From Sphingomonadales bacterium (GTDB taxonomy: Bacteria > Pseudomonadota > Alphaproteobacteria > Sphingomonadales > Govanellaceae): DNA of 64,000 bases. The stretch is from NCBI GenBank assembly GCA_019455285.1, contig JACFMS010000014.1:9925-73924 (forward strand), read 5' to 3'. The notes under the pieces were generated by a model, which was not told where the DNA came from, made no database searches, and saw only the letters and a program-made list of their open reading frames with translations. A program made the translations under genes and the position numbers. Positions 39,632 to 47,963 of the stretch are shown piece by piece (within the stretch, counting starts at the first letter, position 1; each line of letters opens with the position of its first letter).

Positions 39632-40084
39632 TCAGCTTTGGCCGCCACTCTGGTGCAGGCAGTCGCAGTGGCGCATGTTGCCATCGTAACTGTGACGCTC
39701 CAGGTATTCATCTAGGGCCTGGGTCAGGATGTCTTGGCTGCTGCGCTTCGAGTGCGCCGAAAATACCCGCAGCCGCAGGTGACGCTCCTCGTCGAGGCGC
39801 AGCGTCAGGGCCGCCCGGCTGCCGCCGACATCGGTAGGCGTGGTCGCCCGGCTGCCCATACCGCACGCTTTCTTGCCGCCATTGGCTTTCCCCGTGGCCG
39901 CCGGCGGCGCAGCGAAGCGTGGATGGATGGCGCCAGCCTCGACAAGCGGCGCCGCCTCATGGCTTTTCGGCTCCTCCGTTACGGACTCAGCAAAGGGGTA
40001 GTAGATGGAGGGCGCCGGCTGGGCGGGAGCCGCCTGGCCTTTTCGCGCCAACAGCGCGCCGGTTAATCTTGCAGGACGTTTCAT
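39632..40084 (-). CDS. ribbon-helix-helix protein, putative partner of the upstream ParA-like ATPase
   Basis: ATG at 40084 with GGAGG 8 nt upstream, 17 nt after the ATPase stop. Basic N-terminus MKRPARLTGALLARKG and a C-terminal RHH-like segment AALTLRLDEERHLRLRVFSAHSKRSSQDILTQALDEYLERH. Confidence 0.6.
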   Translation of the reverse strand: MKRPARLTGALLARKGQAAPAQPAPSIYYPFAESVTEEPKSHEAAPLVEAGAIHPRFAAPPAATGKANGGKKACGMGSRATTPTDVGGSRAALTLRLDEERHLRLRVFSAHSKRSSQDILTQALDEYLERHSYDGNMRHCDCLHQSGGQS

Positions 40085-40101
40085 GGGTATTGAGCCTCCG
40101 A

Positions 40102-40818
40102 TCACGATGCGTTGATCTGGCGGCGGCCAAATCCCGCCGGCCGGACAAAGGCTTCGCGTCGCAAGCTAGCGTTGGTTTGAAAGACAGTGCGCCGGAAATT
40201 CTTTTCGAGCCGGTCGCTAAGATAGCTCCACAGATTGAAGATTTCCTGGGCCGAATTGCCGTTAGGGGCCAGTTCGACGACGGTGCGACCGTCGATCATG
40301 CTGGAGGCGAAATCCGTGCGATGATGAATGGTGACGGGGGCGACCGTGCCATGCTGGGAGAGGGCAACGGCGGCATCGGCGGTAATGCGGGCGCGCGGCG
40401 TCGCGCCATTGACCACGAACACCACCGGCTTGCCGGCGCGCTCCGCCAGCTCCACGGTGGCGCCGGCGGCGCGCAGATCGTGGGGGCTCGGCCGGGTGGG
40501 GATGACCACCAGGTCGGCGATGGCGATCACGCTTTGGATCGCCGTGGTGATCGCCGGCGGGGTGTCGATGATGGCGAGCTCGAAGCCCTGCGCCCGCAGG
40601 TTATCAAGATCAATCAACAGCCGGGCAATGGTGGTATGGGCAAACGCCGGCGCTTGTTCATGGCGGGCATTCCACCATTCCGACAAGCTGCCTTGGGGGT
40701 CGGTATCGACCAAGACCACCGGCCCGGCTCCGGCACGTTCCGCCTGAACGGCCAAATGTCCGCTTAAGGTCGTCTTGCCGGACCCGCCCTTTTGCGAAGC
40801 CATAGCGACTACTTGCAT
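40102..40818 (-). CDS. ParA/MinD-family (deviant Walker A) ATPase
   Basis: MQVVAMASQKGGSGKTTLSGHLA (KGGxGKT), VVLVDTDPQGS, LAIIDTPP. The small size (about 238 aa) resembles type Ib plasmid ParA. Confidence 0.85.
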   Translation of the reverse strand: MQVVAMASQKGGSGKTTLSGHLAVQAERAGAGPVVLVDTDPQGSLSEWWNARHEQAPAFAHTTIARLLIDLDNLRAQGFELAIIDTPPAITTAIQSVIAIADLVVIPTRPSPHDLRAAGATVELAERAGKPVVFVVNGATPRARITADAAVALSQHGTVAPVTIHHRTDFASSMIDGRTVVELAPNGNSAQEIFNLWSYLSDRLEKNFRRTVFQTNASLRREAFVRPAGFGRRQINAS

Positions 40819-41043
40819 TATCCCAACCCTAGTTTGCGCCGCCAATCGAAGGTGGCGCGGATCATGCGCGTCAGAACGTTAAAATAATCGTCGAGATGTT
40901 AATAATCTGTAAAACCGGGTGGCCCTATCGTAACTTTTAGGTCCAGTATTTTCATTATCTTGGCGCACTAGGCAGGCGTTGGCCTTGGCATTGTTAACCA
41001 TAAATGCAATTCTAAAACTCCTTGGTTGGAGGGCTTTTTCGTC

Positions 41044-41970
41044 ATGATCCGGGCGCGACGGTCAGCCGTATTGGCGGTGGCTTCCCTGTGCCTTTTGACT
41101 GCCGGCGCGGTGGCCGGCATTCGCGAGGGCGCTGACGCTTACGGGCGCGGCGATTATGCAACGGCGCTCAAAGAGTGGCTGCCGGCGGCGGAACAGGGGG
41201 ACGCCAACGCGCTTTTCAACTTGGGCCAGCTCTACCGCCTGGGCCAGGGCGTGCCCAAAGATATTCAAAAAGCGGAAGATTATTATCGACGCGCCGCCGA
41301 GAAGGGACATATTGGCGCGCAAGGCAACCTCGGCACGCTCTATTATTTCGCTGCACCCAATGCGCCGCGGGTGGACGAAGCCCTGAAATGGTGGCAGCGC
41401 GCCGCCGCCCAGGGCGATGCGCGGTCGCAATACATGCTGGGCGTGGTGTTCTATAACGGCAAGGACGTGCCGCGCGATCCGGTGCGCGCCTACGGCTGGA
41501 TGCGGCTGGCCTCCGCCGCCGGCCTAGCGGAAGCGGTGGCGGCGGAGAAGGTGCTGATCAGTAACCTCTCGGTGAGCGAACTGGCCGCCGGCTCTGCGTT
41601 GTCGCAGACTTTACTGGCCGGCAAGGGGGCATCGCCCCCAGTCAGGACAGCATCGCCACCTCCGACTCCAACCTCACCCCCGTCCTCTGCTCCCGTTCCG
41701 CCTCCGGCGACCCCGGCGACGACCGGATTCTTCGTTCAGGTGGGGGCGGTGGCCGATCGCAGCCAGGCGCAAGCGATGATCGACACCCTGACCGCGGCGC
41801 AACCGGCGCTGGCCGGGCTAGCCAACCGCAGCGAGGAAGTGACCACCGCTGCCGGGCAACGGCTTTATCGGGTGCAATTCGGCCCGCTCATGAGCCGGGC
41901 GGCGGCGCAAAAAGTTTGCAACGAGCTTAAGGCTGCGGATAAGGATTGTTTCGTGGCGCCAGCTCGCTGA
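41044..41970 (+). CDS. Sel1-repeat protein with C-terminal SPOR domain
   Basis: Signal peptide, Sel1/TPR-like repeats (GDANALFNLGQLYRLGQGVPKDIQKAEDYYRRAAEKGHIGAQGNLG...), Pro-rich linker and SPOR-like end (FFVQVGAVADRSQAQ...YRVQFGPLMSRAAAQKVCNELK). Confidence 0.8.
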   Translation: MIRARRSAVLAVASLCLLTAGAVAGIREGADAYGRGDYATALKEWLPAAEQGDANALFNLGQLYRLGQGVPKDIQKAEDYYRRAAEKGHIGAQGNLGTLYYFAAPNAPRVDEALKWWQRAAAQGDARSQYMLGVVFYNGKDVPRDPVRAYGWMRLASAAGLAEAVAAEKVLISNLSVSELAAGSALSQTLLAGKGASPPVRTASPPPTPTSPPSSAPVPPPATPATTGFFVQVGAVADRSQAQAMIDTLTAAQPALAGLANRSEEVTTAAGQRLYRVQFGPLMSRAAAQKVCNELKAADKDCFVAPAR

Positions 41971-43735
41971 CCGCCATCAAGCCGCGCAGGGAATTGCCGA
42001 TATAAAGCCGCGTCGCCGACCGCAGGTCAGCCGGGTAGAGCGTCGCTTCGCGGGCGCGGCCACTCTTTAATAATTCCGCACGCAAAATGCCCGGCAATAA
42101 ACCGGCGCTCAACGGCGGCGTCAGAAGCACGCCGTCACGCTCCACAAAAATGTTGGTGAAGCTGCCCTCGGTGAGTTCACCGCGCTCATTGGTCAACACC
42201 GCTTCGAAGCATTGTTGCGCCCGCGCTTCTCTAAGCGCTTGGTGGTAAGGCGGGCGCGCCGTCGTCTTGTGATACAAGAAAGCGTCGCGGGAATTGATGA
42301 CGACGTTGGAGACGCAGAGCCGAAGAGCGGCCGGCGCAGGCGATAGCGGCGATGCCGTCAGCGCGATCACGCCGCGCTCGGAGAGTAGAAGACGCACCCG
42401 GTGCGGCGATGGCGGCAAGCTGGCTGCAAGATCATCGAGCGCGGCTTTGATGGCGTCGTGGGCGATGGCAAACCGGAAATAGGCTGCCGATTGGGACAAT
42501 CTTTGCAAATGCGCATCCAAGCGCAAGAAACCGCCGTCGGGCTGCCAGCGCAACGTTTCCACCAGATCGAAGGCCGGCGCGGCGGTGGTGAGAAACGCGG
42601 CTTTAAGCAGACATTCCTGATATTCCGCATCAGCCGCCGAATCAATGACGATGCCGCTGCCGATGCCGAGCGATCCGCGCCAGCGTCGTGCGCGACGACT
42701 TTCAGGCTTGAGCGTCAAGGTGCGGATGGGGACGCTGAAGGTCATGTCGCGTTCAGGCGTGATGTAGCCGATGGCGCCGGTATATACGCCGCGTGGCGCT
42801 TGCTCTAAGTCGCGAATGATTTCCATGGCGCGAATTTTCGGCGCGCCGGTCACCGAGCCGCAGGGAAAGAGGCTGGTGAACAACGTCCGCAGCGGCGTCT
42901 CCGGCACGATTCTGGCGCTGACCGTCGAGGTCATTTGAAAGAGCGTGCGGTAGGTTTCGATATCAAACAAGGCCGGGACTTCCACGCTTCCCGGTTCTGC
43001 GAGGCGGCTCAAGTCGTTGCGCAACAGATCGACGATCATCAGGTTTTCCGCCTGGGATTTGGCGTCGCCGCGGAGCGCTTCGGCGATTTTTTTGTCCTCA
43101 TCCAGCGTTCGGCCGCGCGGCGCGGTGCCTTTCATCGGCCGCGCCGTCAACTGGGCCTCACGCTTTTGGAAAAAGAGTTCGGGGGAAAGCGACAGGATAT
43201 CCCAGTCATCGTTATGAATGTGCGCGCCGTAAGCCACCGGCTGCGCCCGGCGCAGCCGCGCAAACAGATCATCGGGCCAGCCTTGCAAGGAGAAATTCAG
43301 CGGAAAGGTAAAATTGATCTGATAGACGTCACCGGCCACAAGATAGGACTTGATGGCGGCGATCGCGGTTTCATACCGCGCCTTGTCGACGCCGGGCGTG
43401 ATGCCGTCGATTAATACCGCGTCGGTATTTTCCGTGCTTTCCGGCGCGAAGTCGGGCGCGGTGAAGACGCCAAACCAGGCGAGCGGCAGGTCGGTAAGGG
43501 CGGGGGCTAGCGAGCACAGCTTCGGCTCCAGGGCGTAGCCCGCTTCATAGGCGATCCAGCCGGCCAAGTAATGGCCGCGCGCCAGCGCCGCTTCCATTTG
43601 CCGGAACAAGCCATCGATCTCGCCATAGTCATGGCAGGAAATGATGTCGAGCGGCGCGCGAAACAACAGCCGCTTGCCGACGCCGGCGCGATTGTCGTCC
43701 AGCAAGACGAAAGGCCCGGTTGTGCGTTCTGGCAT
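41927..43735 (-). CDS. pabB: aminodeoxychorismate synthase component I fused to aminodeoxychorismate lyase-like class IV aminotransferase domain
   Basis: The N-terminal about 400 aa is chorismate-binding (MKGTAPRG...LFPCGSVTGAPKIRAMEII...RGVYTGAIGY). The C-terminal about 200 aa is fold-type IV (FDLVETLRW...LDAHLQRL...TNERGELTEGSFTNIF). Confidence 0.86.
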   Translation of the reverse strand: MPERTTGPFVLLDDNRAGVGKRLLFRAPLDIISCHDYGEIDGLFRQMEAALARGHYLAGWIAYEAGYALEPKLCSLAPALTDLPLAWFGVFTAPDFAPESTENTDAVLIDGITPGVDKARYETAIAAIKSYLVAGDVYQINFTFPLNFSLQGWPDDLFARLRRAQPVAYGAHIHNDDWDILSLSPELFFQKREAQLTARPMKGTAPRGRTLDEDKKIAEALRGDAKSQAENLMIVDLLRNDLSRLAEPGSVEVPALFDIETYRTLFQMTSTVSARIVPETPLRTLFTSLFPCGSVTGAPKIRAMEIIRDLEQAPRGVYTGAIGYITPERDMTFSVPIRTLTLKPESRRARRWRGSLGIGSGIVIDSAADAEYQECLLKAAFLTTAAPAFDLVETLRWQPDGGFLRLDAHLQRLSQSAAYFRFAIAHDAIKAALDDLAASLPPSPHRVRLLLSERGVIALTASPLSPAPAALRLCVSNVVINSRDAFLYHKTTARPPYHQALREARAQQCFEAVLTNERGELTEGSFTNIFVERDGVLLTPPLSAGLLPGILRAELLKSGRAREATLYPADLRSATRLYIGNSLRGLMAVSELAPRNNPYPQP

Positions 43736-43780
43736 CGATACCCGTCAACGGTTACTTACGAGGGGCGGCGGCGCTTCCGC

Positions 43781-44251
43781 TCAGCGGATCGGCAGCGCCG
43801 TGGTGGAGCTTACCTGCTTTAAGGTGAAGCTGGAGCGGATGCTGGCAACTCCGGGGATGCGGGTCAAGGTGGTCTTGAGGAAATGTTCGTAAGTCTCCAG
43901 GTCCGGCATGACCAGACGCAGGTGATAATCAGCGTCGCCGGTCATCAGGTAGCATTCCATCACTTCGGGGCACTCATGGATGGCGTTCTCGAATTTCTCC
44001 AGATACTCCTCGGTCTGCCGCTCCAAAGTGACCTGCACAAAAATAGTGATCTGAAGCCCCACCTTGCGCGGCTCCACCAGGGCGACATAGTCGCGGATGA
44101 CGCCAGATTCCTCCAACGCCCGCACCCGGCGCAGGCAAGGGGAGGGCGACAGCCCCACCGCTTCCGCCAGCTCGACATTGCTTAAGCGGCCATTCTTCTG
44201 AAGGATGGTGAGGATTTTACGATCGATGGCATCAAGGGCGATTGTTGACAC
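43781..44251 (-). CDS. Lrp/AsnC family transcriptional regulator
   Basis: LDAIDRKILTILQKNGRLSNVELAEAVGLSPSPCLRRVRALE HTH plus a RAM/AsnC_trans_reg C-domain. Confidence 0.9.
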   Translation of the reverse strand: MSTIALDAIDRKILTILQKNGRLSNVELAEAVGLSPSPCLRRVRALEESGVIRDYVALVEPRKVGLQITIFVQVTLERQTEEYLEKFENAIHECPEVMECYLMTGDADYHLRLVMPDLETYEHFLKTTLTRIPGVASIRSSFTLKQVSSTTALPIR

Positions 44252-44416
44252 TTTATTATACTTTTCAGCAAGAGTTGCGCAATCTTATGCCAAATATTAG
44301 GGCAAGTTCTGGCATCTTCGCAATAACATATGGGGGATAGAGCGGTAGAATCTCCAGTCATAAAGACGCGCCGACCATAGGGGCGGCGCGCGCTTTCTGG
44401 CGGAGTGTGAAAACCC

Positions 44417-46792
44417 ATGACCAAGGCGGCTCGCCCGGCGGCGGATAGCGGCGCAGCGTATCTGGCCAATCTCAATAAGCTGGAGCTTCTCGGGCTTCTT
44501 GACCGGAAGGTGCAGTGGCTGTCGGCCTGGACCATTCACCATGCCAACCATGTGCGAGCGAGCCGCGACGGCTTGAAGGTCGGCGGCCATCAGGCATCGA
44601 GCGCGTCCTTGGCGCAGGTTCTCTCGACGCTATTTTTCAGCGTCCTGAAGCCCGAGGATCGGGTGGCAGTCAAGCCCCATGCCAGCCCGGCGTTTCATTC
44701 GATCCAGTATCTGCTGGGTAACCAAAGCCTGGATCAGCTGCAGCGCTTTCGGGCGCTGGGCGGCGCGCAATCCTACCCGTCGCGCACCAAGGACAAGGAT
44801 GATGTGGATTTCTCCACCGGCTCGGTGGGGCTTGGCGTGGCGATGACGCTGTTTTCCTCCATCGCCCAGGACTACCTCTTGGCCAAGGGCTGGCTGGCTG
44901 AGGAAAAGGCCGGACGGATGATCGCGCTTCTGGGCGACGCCGAACTGGATGAGGGCAATATCTACGAAGCCCTGATCGAAGGCGCCAAGCATGACGTGCG
45001 GAACCTGTGGTGGATCATCGACTATAACCGGCAAAGCCTGGATTCGGTGACGCCGGATCGCATGTTTGCCCGCTTCGAGGAAATTTTCGAGGCCTCGGGC
45101 TGGAAGGTCATTACGCTCAAATACGGCAAAAAGCAGCAGGCGGCATTTCAGAAGCCCGGTGGCCAGGCGCTTAAAGCCTGGATCGATAACGCGCCCAATT
45201 CACTCTATTCGGCGCTGATCTACAAAGGCGGCGCGGCGTGGCGCGAGCGGCTGATCCTGGACATCGGCGCGGAAAACGGGGTCACGGCGCTGCTCGCCGA
45301 GTATGCGGATGATGAGTTGCAGGAGCTGATGACCAATCTGGGCGGTCATGACATCGAGCTTTTGTTGGAAACCTTCCAGGGCGTGACCAGCGATGCGCCG
45401 CACTGCTTCATTGCTTACACGGTCAAGGGCCATGGTCTGCCGCTCCAGGGCCATAAGGACAACCATGCGGGTCTGATGAACGACAAGCAGATGGCAGAAT
45501 TTCGCGACCGCATGGGGGTGCCGGAGGGGGCGGAGTGGGAGCCGTTCGCCGGCATGGAGGATCGCGCCGAAGAATTGCAGGCGTTTATCGCGGATGTTCC
45601 TTTCTTGGCCAAGCGCAACCGCCGTTACGCGGCGCCGGCGGTGCCGGTGCCGGGCCGCGAGGCCTTCGCCGTGGCGACGGAGGCCAAGCAATCAACCCAG
45701 GTCGCCTTCGGCAAGATCATGAACGATCTGGCGCGCGGCGACAGCGAGCTGGCGGCGCATCTGTTGACCACCTCGCCCGACGTGACGGTGTCCACCAACC
45801 TCGGCGGCTGGGTCAATCGCCGCGGCATCTATCACCGGCAAGTCAAAGAGGACGTGTTCAAAGAGGAAAATGTCCTATCGCCGCAGCGCTGGGCGATGTC
45901 GACTGCCGGTCAGCATCTGGAGTTGGGCATTGCCGAGAACAATCTCTTTCTGGCGCTCGCCGCGTTCGGCCTGACGGGATCGCTGTTTGGCACCCGGGTG
46001 CTGCCGGTGGGAACGCTTTATGATCCGTTCATTTGTCGCGGCCTCGACGCCTTGATTTACGGCTGTTATCAGGACTCCCGCTTCATGGTGGTGGCGACGC
46101 CGTCGGGGTTGACCTTGGCGCCGGAGGGCGGCGCACACCAATCCATCACCACGCCGCTCATCGGCATGGGACAGGACAAGCTCGCGTATTTCGAACCAGC
46201 TTACGTCGACGAACTTGCCGAGATCATGCGTTGGGGCTTCGACTACATGCAGCAGGGCGATGGCGGCTCGGTCTATTTGCGGCTTTCCACCCGGGTGATC
46301 GAGCAGCCGGCGCGCGCCGACGATGCTTGGCGGGACGAATTGCTGGAGGGCGCTTACTGGCAGGTGCCGCCGGCGGATGGGGCGGAGATCGCCATCGCCT
46401 ACACCGGGGCATCCGCGCCCGAAGCCCTGGCCGCTTTCGAGATGTTGCGGGAGGATGTACCGGGCGCGGGCCTTCTCGCCGTGCCGTCGCCGGACCGGCT
46501 CTATGCCGGCTGGTTTGACAGCCAACGCCGCCGCCAGATCACGGGCAAGCGCGCATCCAGTCACGCCGAGCGGCTGCTGAAGCCGCTAGCGGCCCATGGC
46601 GCGCTGGTCACGGTGATCGACGGTGCGCCGCAGACGTTGGCCTGGCTCGGCTCAGTCAAGGGCCATCGGGTAGCGCCTCTGGGCGTTGATCATTTCGGCC
46701 AGTCGGCGGATATCCCCGATCTTTATCGCGTCTACCGGCTCGATGCCGACGCCATTCTCGACGCCTGCGCCAACGCGCTGTTACGCGACTAG
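44417..46792 (+). CDS. homodimeric pyruvate-dehydrogenase-E1-like / transketolase-family ThDP enzyme
   Basis: 791 aa. GGHQASSASL, a ThDP motif region (LLGDAELDEGNIYEAL) and a transketolase-like Pyr domain. Shorter than canonical AceE and divergent from the Lrp gene. Confidence 0.8.
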   Translation: MTKAARPAADSGAAYLANLNKLELLGLLDRKVQWLSAWTIHHANHVRASRDGLKVGGHQASSASLAQVLSTLFFSVLKPEDRVAVKPHASPAFHSIQYLLGNQSLDQLQRFRALGGAQSYPSRTKDKDDVDFSTGSVGLGVAMTLFSSIAQDYLLAKGWLAEEKAGRMIALLGDAELDEGNIYEALIEGAKHDVRNLWWIIDYNRQSLDSVTPDRMFARFEEIFEASGWKVITLKYGKKQQAAFQKPGGQALKAWIDNAPNSLYSALIYKGGAAWRERLILDIGAENGVTALLAEYADDELQELMTNLGGHDIELLLETFQGVTSDAPHCFIAYTVKGHGLPLQGHKDNHAGLMNDKQMAEFRDRMGVPEGAEWEPFAGMEDRAEELQAFIADVPFLAKRNRRYAAPAVPVPGREAFAVATEAKQSTQVAFGKIMNDLARGDSELAAHLLTTSPDVTVSTNLGGWVNRRGIYHRQVKEDVFKEENVLSPQRWAMSTAGQHLELGIAENNLFLALAAFGLTGSLFGTRVLPVGTLYDPFICRGLDALIYGCYQDSRFMVVATPSGLTLAPEGGAHQSITTPLIGMGQDKLAYFEPAYVDELAEIMRWGFDYMQQGDGGSVYLRLSTRVIEQPARADDAWRDELLEGAYWQVPPADGAEIAIAYTGASAPEALAAFEMLREDVPGAGLLAVPSPDRLYAGWFDSQRRRQITGKRASSHAERLLKPLAAHGALVTVIDGAPQTLAWLGSVKGHRVAPLGVDHFGQSADIPDLYRVYRLDADAILDACANALLRD

Positions 46793-47173
46793 AGTAAGGC
46801 AAAGCCCCATCACCGCCGCGACGGTGATCATCACCCAGGTCAGCAGCGTGCCGATGAAGCGGAAGGGATTGGGCGCCACGACGGTGCGTAAGCCGATGGC
46901 GTGGGAAATCCGCCCCACTGTCAGCGCCGTGCCCAAGAGGCACAACAAGGCCTGCGGCTGATCATTGGCCTCCAGGAGGGCGAGCAGAAACAGGGCCAAA
47001 GGCACGTACTCGGCGAAATTGCCGTGGGTACGGATTTTCAATTCAAGGTTGGTCTTGCCGCCGGCGCCGATGCTGACCTTTTCGGTAACGCGGCCGCGCA
47101 CCACCAGAATCGACAGAAAGATGAAGATGAGGGCGTTGAGTGAGGCAAACGCCAGCGTGATCGGCAATATCAT
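46781..47173 (-). CDS. MAPEG family membrane protein
   Basis: 130 aa with four TM segments and the RTHGNFAEYVPLALFLL motif typical of MAPEG. Confidence 0.78.
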   Translation of the reverse strand: MILPITLAFASLNALIFIFLSILVVRGRVTEKVSIGAGGKTNLELKIRTHGNFAEYVPLALFLLALLEANDQPQALLCLLGTALTVGRISHAIGLRTVVAPNPFRFIGTLLTWVMITVAAVMGLCLTLVA

Positions 47174-47265
47174 GGCAAAAATCTCCCCTTGACATATCAG
47201 CCAGCGACGATGATGAGAGAGGCCGTCGCTTCCGGCAACTCGTTTTTTTGGATTTGAGGTTGACG

Positions 47266-47913
47266 ATGATCGACGATCTGATCGAAGGCTATCGCCGCTA
47301 TCGCGCCGGCTGGACCGAGGCCGAGCGGGAGCTTTATCGTCAACTGGTGGAGCATGGCCAGTCGCCCAAGGTGATGGTGATCGCCTGCTGCGATAGCCGA
47401 GTGGACCCCTCGATCATCCTCGACGCCAAGCCGGGGTCGCTGTTTATGGTCAGGAACATCGCCAATCTGGTGCCGCCGTTCGAGCGCGACGGCGCCTATC
47501 ATGGCACCAGCGCCGCCTTGGAGTTCGCGGTGCGGCGCTTGGCCGTGGATCACATTATCGTGTTGGGCCATGCCCACTGCGGCGGCATCAGGGCGCTTTA
47601 TGAAGAAAATCAGGAATCATCCGCGAGCGATTTCATTCTCGGCTGGATGCGCATCGTCGCCGAGGCGGGGCGTCACGTGCACGAGAATTGCCGCAACCTG
47701 TCGCCGCCGCAACAACGCCGCGCGCTGGAGCAGGAAGCGATCCGGGTCAGCATCAAAAATCTGTTGACCTTTCCCTGGATTGAAAGCCAGGTGCGCGCGG
47801 GCAAGCTTCATCTGCATGGCTGGTATTACGCGCTGGCGGAGGGGATTCTGATGGCGCTTGATCCTCTAAGCAATGAGTTTCGCTCGCTCCTTGACGGCAA
47901 CGAAGCGAAATAA
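47266..47913 (+). CDS. beta-class carbonic anhydrase
   Basis: MIDDLIEGYRRY...VMVIACCDSRVDP...VLGHAHCGG: the zinc ligands Cys/His/Cys and the Asp-Arg pair are in the canonical arrangement. Confidence 0.9.
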   Translation: MIDDLIEGYRRYRAGWTEAERELYRQLVEHGQSPKVMVIACCDSRVDPSIILDAKPGSLFMVRNIANLVPPFERDGAYHGTSAALEFAVRRLAVDHIIVLGHAHCGGIRALYEENQESSASDFILGWMRIVAEAGRHVHENCRNLSPPQQRRALEQEAIRVSIKNLLTFPWIESQVRAGKLHLHGWYYALAEGILMALDPLSNEFRSLLDGNEAK

Positions 47914-47947
47914 AAAAAAGCCGCGGCGTTCGGCCGCGGCTTTCTTT
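47912..47947. terminator. bidirectional intrinsic terminator between convergent genes
   Basis: A8 tract, a 10-bp stem AAGCCGCGGC / GCCGCGGCTT with a 5-nt loop, then TCTTTC. Confidence 0.78.
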
Positions 47948-47963
47948 CGGCGATAGTAGGCTG

